Below are positions 47,842 to 59,520 of a stretch of 64,000 nt of DNA, piece after piece (the stretch's first letter is position 1; the number at the start of each line of letters is the position of its first letter). The DNA is from Tubulanus polymorphus (Eukaryota > Animalia > Nemertea), in contig NC_134034.1 in assembly GCF_964204645.1 (NCBI RefSeq), positions 2,790,072-2,854,071 of the forward strand, read 5' to 3'. The notes below the pieces were generated by a model. It made no database searches, was not told the origin of the DNA, and worked only from the letters and a program-made list of their open reading frames with translations. The position numbers and the translations under genes are program-made.

Positions 47842-50800
47842 ATCTCAACTGGACTTCTACTTAAAGTTACACGATCAATAACACCCAATCAGTCGCTTGC
47901 CTATTCCGGCCATCCTCGCTAGCCGGAGTTGGTTCAGGCTTATTTAGTGACACATCTAACGAGCAGAATCAAAATAATTGAACTTATGAATAAAAGGGAA
48001 AATCGACCATATTTCGAAGATGAAAATTGAAGAAATGGATTTATTCTGATTATAAATTCAGACTTAACCAGATATTGGGGAGACTCTTCTAAATTCCTCA
48101 AATAGACTGGATGACAATCGATTTTCTCTGGTGAGTAGTAAACAATAGGGTATGTAAAGGTAAGGCTATAAATAGTCTAAAAGTTCCTTCACCGATCGGT
48201 TTGTGCGGCTAGCGCATACGGCTAGTACGCTACGCTCGCTCTCTGGGGTCTGCGTGTTAATGATTTCACAGCAATTTTCTCTGATTTTGACTAAGTCGTG
48301 CAGTGTACCAAAAATCAGAAAATCTCAGTCAACATGGTACAACTTGCAGTAACAATAGTTTATTCAGCCATATTGCCATCTGCTGTTCATACTAAAGCCT
48401 GCATAATTACGATTACGATTACAATTACGATTTATTAACACTCCAACCATTTCCATGGTATATGGAGGAAAACTATTACACATGTATATACAAATATTTA
48501 CAAAACAACACTGAAGTGATTAAAATTTAGAGAATGGAAACGTAACAAAATATATATATATATATACATCAACTATTTACAATACTATATATACTATTGG
48601 AGGGATCTATATACATCTAAGCCGGTCTTAATGAATTTAGCTAAGTTGACCGTTGGGTTTTTCAGAATATCAAGGGTATTAAAGGTATTCAAATTCAAAA
48701 AGTTTTTGCGTTGTTCGTTAAGTAAGGTACTGTCAAACAGAAAATGGGATTCGTCACCTAAAGTATTACAAGTGGGGCATATTCTATCGGCTCTGTCTAA
48801 ATGAAGGTTTGAAAATTTGTTCACAGGTAAAATATAGGACCCGACCCTAAATTCAAATGAACTAGTTCCTAAGTCATCACCAAGTTCTATTATATACTTC
48901 TCTAACCTAATATCATTTTTATATTGCCTAAAGTTAGTGTATATCGGATTAGTATTTATGGCAGATACAGTTTCTTGAAGGTGCTGGTCACGGAGTATCT
49001 GTTTTATTCGTTTTGAAAAAGATTTACTGTTAGTCATGAATTGCTGCGTCCAAATGCAGGACAAACCACAGTCATCAGACGTTTTCTTTATATATGATAA
49101 CCAAGGGCTCTTAAATTTATCCCTTAAAAATAAATTGAAAGATATTTTATAGAGTATTGAATTAAGTTTGGTTTGCTTTCCAGATACTGTTTTCACCCAA
49201 AAGTTAATCATCCTGCGTCTAACATCTATATTCAAAGGGTAACGTCCTAGCTCTGATTAAACTTGTAAGTTGCGAGAATATTTCGTCACTTTCATTAAGA
49301 TTTTACAGAAGAAGCAATGAATATTTTCTAATAAATCAAGATTTTCATATCCCCAGATCTCACACCCATACATGGCTATTGGAGCAACACACGTATCAAA
49401 TAATTTAAACATAACATCTATGGGCAATTTCAAACGTCTGCCTTTTTGAACGATCGAAAACATAGCTCTGATAGCTTTATCGTAAAGATACTTTTTTGCC
49501 TTAGCAAAGTTACCATTCCAATTGAATTTTACTCCGAGATAAACATAATCTTCAACTACCTCTAACTCTTGATCACCAAACATAAATTTCGAAATCGTTT
49601 TTATCCGGGATTTACTTCGCGCAAATACTAGTACTTTAGTTTTCTCTGGGTTAACAGTGAGACCATTAGCCGCGCAATATTCAAATAAGGTATCTAAGTG
49701 TAGCTGAAGAGATTTCTCATCCTCAGCAAAAATAACTGTATCATCTGCGTATAGTATTATGAATAAATTCAGTAAAGTATCAATATCCTGATCACGATTC
49801 AAATTTAGTTTTTCTATAAATGACAAAGTCGGTTTTCCACGATCAATGAAAAATTCTTCAATGTCGTTTAAGAATAACGAAAAGAGGATAGGTGAGAGAT
49901 TTTCGCCTTGTCTTAAGCCTCTATCAGCTGCAAAGTATTGTGACGTGCAACCATTTAATTCAACACGTGATTTTATGGAGTTATACATATTTTTGACCAC
50001 ATTGAAAAAGTTTCCATTAACATTGTTAGCAATTAATTTTCGCCATAACTTTACCCTACAAATCGAGTCGAAAGCTTTCTTAAAATCAACAAAGGCGCAA
50101 AAAAGTCTTCTTCCCTGACAAAGATACAGCTCTACGATTGTTTTAAGCGTGTAAATATGATCAATGGTGGAATATTTCGATCTAAAGCCAGCCTGGGCTT
50201 CACTTATAATGTGATTCGTATCTAGAAATGTTGACAATCTTTGATTTAGGATACTTGTAAATAATTTACCAAGACAGCTAACTAAGGTAATACCTCTATA
50301 ATTATCAGGATTAGAGGGATCGCCATTCTTTTTGAAAATGGGTTTGATGACGCCTATAGACCACATCTCTGGAACATATCCTGTTTTAAGAACTAAATTG
50401 AATAATTTTTGTAATATATCAACTAAAAACGGATACTGACTAACTCCCAACAGCTCATTCGTGATTCCATCAATGCCTGGGGCCTTATTGTTTTTGAGTA
50501 AAGAGATAGCCTTAATTACCTCATCACTGGTTATATCACTGTTCATAATATAATTGTCATAGACAGGATGGTCACCCACGTCTGGGGGCTCATCACCGTC
50601 ATCGGTTTCATTGTTAACATTATTCAAATCATTTAATCTCATAAAATGTTCAAGAAAAATATCAATATCTATATTAGCCTCATTATTTTTTGTTCCGCTC
50701 GCAGAGTTTAGCATCGACCAATACTTTTTTGGGTTATTAATTTCGCATTCTCTCAATTCCTTAATAAATTCATCCTTTTGTTTCTTCTTATTTTCTCGGA

Positions 50801-51671
50801 TGACCTTTTTATAGTTTTTAGACGAGTTCTTAAGGGATTCAAAATTGGAAAGGGTAGGGCAACCCCTATATCTTTTTTTCATATAATTATATTTCTTCTG
50901 TGCATCTCTACAGTCCCTGCCAAACCATCTGTTGCGGACCGGTTTTTTGCAGTTATTACTTTTCCTACTTTTTCTATGGTACATCAAATTACACTCATCA
51001 GCACTTGATAATAAAGAAGATACAAATCTATCGGTAAGTCCATTAATGTCATCTGGCGATTGATTTCCTAGATCTTGCAACCCGTCCAACAGTAACTTAT
51101 CTAAATCATTATCTCGTAATCTTGATTCTACATTCAGGAAAAATTGATTTGATCTAGTACTGACCCACCTAATTGAAGTTTTAAAGTTCGCGTGTTCATT
51201 ACCCCTTTCATTATCGCTAGCAATGGTGTCCCTAGAATTCGTATACACGCACAGATTAATAGGATTATGTCCATCACATAATAATGGGTCAAAAGGCATT
51301 ATTTCAAAGTCCTCAACATAACCAAACAGTTCTAAATCACACACAAAATAATCGATGACACTAGTGTTCCTAAAAGTATAATTACCTGTCTGATCATTGC
51401 CACATCTGCCATTGAGGATAATTAGTGAATGGTTCTTACACAAATCTATAAGTTGATAGCCTGTATTATTCTTTCTTTTGTCCTGATTATTTCTAGTAGT
51501 GGGAACGCCTAAATTAATCAATGAGTCAACAATAGGGTCTAAGTTATCATCTTGAATTATCTGATTATCAGGTTCCAAAAAGTCTGGCATACAAGCGGTG
51601 TGAGCATTAAATGAGGAGAGAATCCCACAATGATAATAAAAAGTCCGAAAATGAAACTTCGAGATAGTAGT

Positions 51672-51717
51672 TTATTCAACGTTTCGACTATATCCTAATA
51701 GTCATCTTCAGGAATAA
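51672..51717 (-). ncRNA. Minimal hammerhead ribozyme, second copy
   Basis: Reverse complement of 53754-53799. Confidence 0.85.
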
Positions 51718-53753
51718 TGAGATACTACAGAAATATGAGATATATATACAATCCAGGGACAAAGAGACTAATTCAAGTAATCAGAGATGATACAAACTAA
51801 AGGAAAATTAACATAGAAACAGTAACACGCTAAAATAGATTAAAGGGAAGCAAACTAAGGGGTGATTATAAACAACAATAGTGAGTATAAATATAAATGA
51901 AACTTAAAGTCAGTAGTAAAAAGAAAGACAAACTAAGGGGCACTTAAATTAAAACAAAGGTGAATACAAGTTAAGTCAGAGACGAAATTGATGAGAGAAC
52001 AAATAACAAATAATCAAAGGGGAAATCAAGTGTTGAGTTTAACCAGTTTACAGAGGAATTTTGATATAAGTTTATTATGGGGTGAAAAACCATTGTTAAG
52101 GTTTACAACGTTGTTCGAATTTTCAATAATTAATGCAGATTCCAAAATATGTCTTCTAGTTTTATCGCTGCAAGGGTATACTAATTCAGCATTAACAAAA
52201 TCAAAATTGTGTGAAGTCTGAAAAACATGACTAGCAACTCCGCTTTCAGGTTTAAAGTTTTTTACATCTAATTTATGCTCTTTTATGCGTTGATTAAGAT
52301 TCCGACCTGTTTCTCCTATATATACTTTGTCGCAAACTTTACAAGGTATTTTATAAATTCCACAGTTTAGGGATTCGGTTTTCGGTTTGTTGTTAATCAA
52401 TATGTTACTGAGTTTATTATTGTATTTAAAGATGAGTTGTTTATTTAGTGACCGAAGAGAAACTTTAGAATTCTCGAGGAAAGGTACATACGGTACAATG
52501 ATAGGCTGTTTGTCGGTAGCCAAAGTAGGAGTTCTAAGGTTGTTATTTCTAAAATGCGTAGTACGAGCTTTAAGTAGAGCTTTTTTCAATAGGAAATCGG
52601 GGTAGGCAAGTTTTTTGAGAGATTGGTTAATATGGTGAATTTCATCGGGTAGAAATGAGGGGTCGCAAATTCTCAAAGCGCGAAGAAATAATCCTTGAGC
52701 TAAACCAAGTTTAATATCCGGAGAAGTAAAAGAGAAGTAATGGAGGTAGGATTCAGCGTTGGTAGGTTTCCTATAAACCGCGAATTTCAAAAAGGATCCA
52801 CAGTTAAAAATCAAAACATCCAGAAAAGGTATTTTATTATTAGATTCCCATTCATACGTAAAAGCCAGAGACGGGTAAAGGGAGTTTAAACTCCCTTTAC
52901 CCGTCTCTGGCTTTTAACAACCTTTTAACAACCTTAGAACTCCTACTTTGGCTACCGACAAACAGCCTATCATTGTACCGTATGTACCTTTCCTCGAGAA
53001 TTCTAAAGTTTCTCTTCGGTCACTAAATAAACAACTCATCTTTAAATACAATAATAAACTCAGTAACATATTGATTAACAACAAACCGAAAACCGAATCC
53101 CTAAACTGTGGAATTTATAAAATACCTTGTAAAGTTTGCGACAAAGTATATATAGGAGAAACAGGTCGGAATCTTAATCAACGCATAAAAGAGCATAAAT
53201 TAGATGTAAAAAACTTTAAACCTGAAAGCGGAGTTGCTAGTCATGTTTTTCAGACTTCACACAATTTTGATTTTGTTAATGCTGAATTAGTATACCCTTG
53301 CAGCGATAAAACTAGAAGACATATTTTGGAATCTGCATTAATTATTGAAAATTCGAACAACGTTGTAAACCTTAACAATGGTTTTTCACCCCATAATAAA
53401 CTTATATCAAAATTCCTCTGTAAACTGGTTAAACTCAACACTTGATTTCCCCTTTGATTATTTGTTATTTGTTCTCTCATCAATTTCGTCTCTGACTTAA
53501 CTTGTATTCACCTTTGTTTTAATTTAAGTGCCCCTTAGTTTGTCTTTCTTTTTACTACTGACTTTAAGTTTCATTTATATTTATACTCACTATTGTTGTT
53601 TATAATCACCCCTTAGTTTGCTTCCCTTTAATCTATTTTAGCGTGTTACTGTTTCTATGTTAATTTTCCTTTAGTTTGTATCATCTCTGATTACTTGAAT
53701 TAGTCTCTTTGTCCCTGGATTGTATATATATCTCATATTTCTGTAGTATCTCA

Positions 53754-53799
53754 TTATTCCTGAAGATGACTATTAGGATATAGTCGAAACGTTGAATAA
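53754..53799 (+). ncRNA. Minimal type-I hammerhead ribozyme (Penelope-associated)
   Basis: UUAUUC-CUGAAGA-U-GACUAU(UAGGAU)AUAGUC-GAAAC-GUU-GAAUAA: stem I UUAUUC/GAAUAA, CUGANGA and GAAA core, stem II GACUAU/AUAGUC, palindromic ACGU stem III. Confidence 0.85.
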
Positions 53800-54281
53800 A
53801 CTACTATCTCGAAGTTTCATTTTCGGACTTTTTATTATCATTGTGGGATTCTCTCCTCATCGCGTCAACACGGATATTGTGTTCTACCTATCGTGAGCAT
53901 TAAAGTCACCAGAAATTAACACATTGAAATCATACTCAACTTTCAATTGCAATAACTCTATTTCAATTTCTCTGATAGCTATTTCTGAATAATAACGACT
54001 ATTTTCTGGAGGAATATAAATTACACCTAAAAGTACATGTTTGTCGCGATTAAATAAATCTTTATCTAATAAATACCAAGATACAAACTGAGAGTCAGTC
54101 GAAATTGGTTTTATTTTATTTTTCATGAACTTCCTATATATGATACCGACGCCACCTGATCCTTTTTTTGAAAACTTTTTCCTATTTTTAAAGTGCGCCA
54201 TATGGGAGGCGGGCAAGCTACAACCTAAATTACCGTCTAAATCATCTAAGTGAGTTTCAGTTAGACATGTGATGTCATTAT

Positions 54282-54505
54282 CACGATAGGTAAAACACAA
54301 TATCCGTGTTGACGCGATGAGGAGAGAATCCCACAATGATAATAAAAAGTCCGAAAATGAAACTTCGAGAATGAAGATGAATAATGAATAATGAAGATGA
54401 CTTATTCCTGAAGATGACTATTAGGATATAGTCGAAACGTTGAATAAACTACTATCTCGAAGTTTCATTTTCGGACTTTTTATTATCATTGTGGGATTCT
54501 CTCCT
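54282..54505. mobile_element. Second, very short inverted Penelope terminal-repeat insertion in the same LINE
   Basis: Flanked by CATGTGATGTCATTAT at 54266-54281 and 54506-54521; same sequence as the ends of the larger element. Confidence 0.9.
54402..54447 (+). ncRNA. Minimal hammerhead ribozyme, third copy
   Basis: Identical motif within the short Penelope insertion. Confidence 0.85.
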
Positions 54506-56471
54506 CATGTGATGTCATTATTGCTAATAAATTCACAGAATTCTGGGATATCGAGTTTAGCTATAAGGCCACATACATTCAGCGTAGAAAACTTTAATGA
54601 TGATTTGATACAAGGAATTTCACTTATGTTTGCTGCGTTTGCTGTACTAGTTACATTTTGCTTATTTATAGATAGGTGGCAGCGCCACCTTACACACAGT
54701 TATAAGGGTAAAAACAATACTTAATGTTAGATCCTTCAAACCACCAAAAACGTTTCACACTACAAAGTCTACACCAAAAGCAAATTGTACAAAAATCCTC
54801 GCTACCGTCAGATTTCATGATTTATTTTCACTCGCGAATACAAAATAATACATCAAATATTCCATGGTTTACATTACTTCATCTCACCGTGGACGATACT
54901 TGTGTTTACAAAGATTATTGTCGAAATCAGATATTAGAGATTACAAGATATCATTCATCTTTAGATCATAATCATTTACAAATTAATATCATTTGGAATA
55001 AACTTGAATATATTCAACACACGCAATAACAATATAAATTTTTCAACCAGACCATGATCATTCTTATAGGATCAGAGTTCTTCAAATCTAAGACCAGAAT
55101 TCTTCTAATACAGGTACGGAATTCTTACGAGTTACAATCTGGATTTAATCTGGTTTTGCAGATTTGATTTAGATTTAACGGAGAATTCAAAAAAGTCAGG
55201 ACGATCTGATCGTCAATACACGGTGATAAAATATCTGAGGTCTGGGGCCCTGTGAAATGCAGACACAATGATCAGAAAATACGATATATACACGCAAAAA
55301 TCAAGCGTCATCATCAGAGCGAAATTCAATAACAATTTTGCCGAATAAACTTCATCTTTCCGCTGTACAAGGAATAAGTAATTTAGTCGTCCGTAACTGA
55401 ATAAATTTCTACTTTAATAGTTCATCAATCTATGGAGAAATATCTACATTCACGTTTTCAATTATGAAATTCAACTTCTTTGATTAGATTTTTATTGAAA
55501 CGTTTCATTTTTTCTATAAACTTGGGTAATAACAACTCGCAGAATTTGAATATCAATATGAACCCAGGTTAAACTCGATTCGGGATTAGAATAAGTTCAT
55601 TTCCAATGGAAATTCGGAACGATCAGATTTTCAGTGCACGGTGACTTAAGTTTGTATGTCTATCGGGTCAGATCCTGGACGTATCGGCCCCACTCCGCGC
55701 GGTGGCGCCAGCCTGCGGGATTTATGCGAAGCAGCAGAACACAAACACGGCCATTCTCTCAATTTTCAATGATAGAAATCGTGTGTGTATTTCTATTATT
55801 TCGGCTGTTAGGGTTTTAAGGCACAATATAAGTTGATGATGTGATATGGCGATGTTAATTAATGATAATTCCGCAGTGAAGCTAGTCACGAACGGTGCCG
55901 ATTGAGTGTACAGCTGCCAAAAACACTGAAATGTGCGTAGTTGCGTAACTATTTGCAGTGAATTGCAGACGAAACATGAAGCCTTAACGGCCGTTTAAAA
56001 AAAAATTATACCAATCGCAATTGTAAAATAAAAATGAGATAGAACCTAAGTTAAAATTCTGGCCATTTCTAAAATGTTATTGATTATTATTACTAATTTT
56101 TAGTCAGTGCGGAACGTTTAGTAACGTGTAGTCATGCAATTCAAGTCATCATTTATTACACGTTACTTCCGTGTTTTTGAAAATCTCGCGAGTCCTGGAC
56201 TAAACCCCAATGAACAATGTGATCTGTGTGCTGGCCACAAAATGCACACAGATCACACTACACTATACCCATTACACACTCTAGTACCCACAGCTTTCAT
56301 ATATCCATCCAAATATTTAGTGTGGCTTTCTTCCTGGGTGCTGCGGACAGGTTACCTGGTGAAGTGTTGTGACGAGGGGAGTGGATTGGGGCGAGGTACA
56401 GTTACTAGATTCACCGCTATGGACATACGTTTGAATAGGGGTATGTACTACCGGCGCGTAATGTTAATAGA

Positions 56472-59400
56472 TTAGCGGTTAGATCGATACATATTAGCTG
56501 GTTGTAGGAATTTTCTCTGTTTACCGTTCAGGGTGAGGCGAACCTTTTTCCAAAACGTAGAACGGGCTTTATCGTCTCGCGGGTATTTCATGTAAACGAC
56601 ATTTGAAATAATCGTCCGCAAGGATTCGGGCATGCGCGATTCGGGTATATGATCGATATCGAGCACGAGTATGATGTTATTGCTCTCCTCGACGCACCGG
56701 TTTGCCGCCATGCTTATCACAAATTCCGTCCATCTTTCTTTGACGAATGATTCGGTCAACAGAAACACGACCCACCGAGACCCGTAAATAGCGTCGATAT
56801 TGTTCTGTTGTATGTAGCCACCGATTGTAAAGTCTCGAAACTCGATACAAAACTTCGAAGCAAAATGTTTGGATTTTTCTATTTCGGGTATGAAATCCAA
56901 ATAGACAAATTGAAGGTCTTCCATGCTGTGGCTTAGAAATCCGTCAAACTTCAAATCATCAGAACGGCTTACCGTCGCTATACGTAATAGTTTCGGTAGA
57001 AATCGATTGATGTTTACCATCCACCAATAGTAAATTGACCATCGCTTTTTGGCGACAATTCGCCCGATAGCCATAATGATAGCAGTGACGCATAAAGTCG
57101 AAAGAGAAATGACAATATCTTTGTGGTTGTCACATTCTATCCAATGTAACTTAAACTTTGCGATGGACACTCCGGATAGTTTTCTTGGTGAAGTACATAC
57201 AAGTTTTAACATGGTCTGGTCGAATTCGGGGTTCGCCCTATAGTCCTTATAGTCTAGGTAATATTTCTTTTTTATATGGTTCTCTATAAGCCAATTTCGC
57301 AATTTTCTCAGTTGACAATCGCATTCAAATGTATTACCGATAAGAAAAATGGATCTAAAATGTTCTAAATACATGATTTCAGTAGGATCGAACGTTTTTA
57401 GTTGATTCGATCCTAAATTCAAAGTGCGTAGGTTTATAAGTGGTTTTAACAGACCTGGTTGAATCATTGTCAGTCTGTTATCCGTCAACCTCAATAACAT
57501 TAAGTTCGGGGTAGCTTCAAACGTGTTTCTATCCAAATGTCTTATTCCATTACTGGAGAGATCGAGCTCTAATACGAAAGGAACTCTGCTCAAGATATGA
57601 CGGAGAACACGACTAGGACAAAATCCAATAACCGTCCCAGTTAGTAGGAACTGAGTTAGTTTGTAAAACGTCCTATTCCACATAAGGCCTTCACACGCGT
57701 TATGAAGCGATCGTGTGTCTAAATATATATAGAAAAGTCCTGCCAGATTATCGATTCCGATATAATTCATCGATTCGGGTAACAGATCGAATGACTTCAG
57801 GCATATGAAGACGAAACGACTTGTAAATTCGATAAACAAGTGTTTCAACTGCCGCAGGTTCTGTATGTCCTTTCTCAAATAGAAAACTCTCTCGGAGGAC
57901 AAACCAAGACTAGGATTGCCACACGGCGATTCGACGGGAACCAGTCCAATAACACATGTGATATCCAGGGATGTCAGTTTATTATTCATGGCAAATGATG
58001 TGCGACTATCGAAGCATGTTAAACCTGTTGACATCCTTCCGATAAAAGTTTCTAGTTTTGTGTTGGAAATGATTAAATCTGTGAGATTCAAATTCTGGAT
58101 GTTGTTCTGTTCCAAATTCATTATCTGGAGATTAACGAGTCCTTTGAATTGATGCTTTTTAAAACTCGTTTTGCAAAGTTTCATCTCCAGCGCTCTCAAT
58201 CTTTTGAACCCACGAAAAAAGTCTACATCTATTTCGGGTATTCGATTAAACGCTAGACCTAAAACGTCCAAATTCTGTACAGGTAAATATTTCAATATCG
58301 ATTTAGTCAAGGAGATGGCTTTCAACCGCCATGCACCCCGTAAAAATAAACGGTTTAAGTTAACGCAATTTTGCAAAGAATGAAATAAATTGTGAATATC
58401 TTTGACAGTATGCTTTGAATGACACACTTTTTTGGCCCATCCAAATAATGCTCGAGTCTGGGTGAGAAGAACAAAATCGTAAACCAACATGGTCAGCTGC
58501 TTATTTTTCATGAAGCCATGTTTGTCGATAAACCGTACTGGGTTACATGAAACTTCAAGCACCCTCAGATTCGGTAGATAATGAAGTGACCTTGGTCCCA
58601 CCAGTGAACTCAGCGCGTTTTCTGCCATCCTCAACGAAATCAACCTCGGCAGTCGACGCAACGGGTTTATACTCTTTATCCTATTCTTCGACAAGTAAAG
58701 AATATCTATGTTATTCTTTGTTCGAGGGAACTTCGTGAGTGCTTTATTCACGCAGTTAGCGATACTACGCCTGAAAAAAAAAAAGGTTCAGGCTTTCAGT
58801 CAAATTGCATCGGTGATAGTAATACAGGGCCAAATCTAGGGGTTAGGTGATCTCAGGGGTTTAGACTACTGCCTTCCAATTAAGGTTTGGGATCGTCAAT
58901 GTCTATAAGTTTGACACTCATCCCCCCAGAAAATCTAAGCGCGTTTTTGTATACAGTTTTCTAACACTAGTTAGAAATATCTCCTCGGGCTCCACGTGCT
59001 TTTTCTGATTTCTGAAGCCTACATTTGTTTTTCGTTTTAACACCGCCTTCCAAAAGATAAGATATAGGTCCGCCCCGGCAATAGAAACCAAAATGGAAAT
59101 CAACTTACTTGTAAGGCCCGTTGATTATAACAGCGGACACACTGACGGGCAACCGTAGTAATCATAAGCTGTATGCCTCGCAATTTTAGATCTAGATACG
59201 CCCCCACCCAAGCAATGGATATCAAAACGGTTTTCGACTTACCCATCAAGTCTGTAGTAACAGCGACACACTGACGGGCAACCGTAGTAAAAGCGTCTGC
59301 TGAGGATATCGTCGCGTCGGTTTGGACGCCGCATATCGCCGACTATTCCAGAATGCGGCATCATACCACCGCTGAGTGACTGGTATTTCTGATAATCCAC

Positions 59401-59520
59401 TAAATTACTCTCTGAACTCCACGGCGTTCTTTCGATTTCATCATCGATAATTTCCGATATGATACCACAGCGGCACAGCAGTATCGCAACCACGAGAATT
59501 AGAAGTTTACAAGCGGCCAT
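56472..59520 (-). CDS. Toll-like receptor (signal, LRRNT, LRRs, single LRRCT, TM, TIR), ~858 aa
   Basis: Minus-strand join of 59520-59243 and 58770-56472 with a phase-2 intron. Features: signal MAACKLLILVVAILLCRC; CPSVCRC..ANC LRRNT; LxxLxLxxN repeats; NTFECDCQL..CTSP LRRCT; TM IVISLSTLCVTAIIMAI; TIR FDGFLSHS, FCIEFRDF, FWKKVR. Confidence 0.93.

Larger units (their letters stand above)
51612..53892. mobile_element. Penelope-like element insertion: two 5'-truncated copies in inverted orientation, encoding a GIY-YIG endonuclease
   Basis: ORFs 52026-52814(-) and 52948-53445(+) contain GIYKIPCKVCDKVYIGETGR..RIKEH and VYRKPT. A 12-bp TSD GTGAGCATTAAA lies at 51600-51611 and 53893-53904, splitting the host GDFNAH motif region. 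Confidence 0.95.
48407..54672 (-). mobile_element. Non-LTR retrotransposon (APE endonuclease + RT + C-terminal CCHC-like motif; RTE-X-like), disrupted
   Basis: The reconstructed ORF has STLNVCGL..DITCLTETHL, GVIYIPP, SGDFNAH|TAC, SVIDYF, NYRGITL, QAGFR, FVDFKKAFDS, GLRQGENLSP, LYADD and YLG. There is a frameshift at ~49240-49257 and a C-terminal RICPTCN..DESHFLF motif. AATAAA plus a (TCGTAA)n tail lies at 48407-48437. Confidence 0.92.

Noticed and set aside
53884-54336. 150-aa ORF as an independent gene
   Set aside because: A chimera of Penelope end sequence and the interrupted LINE APE domain.
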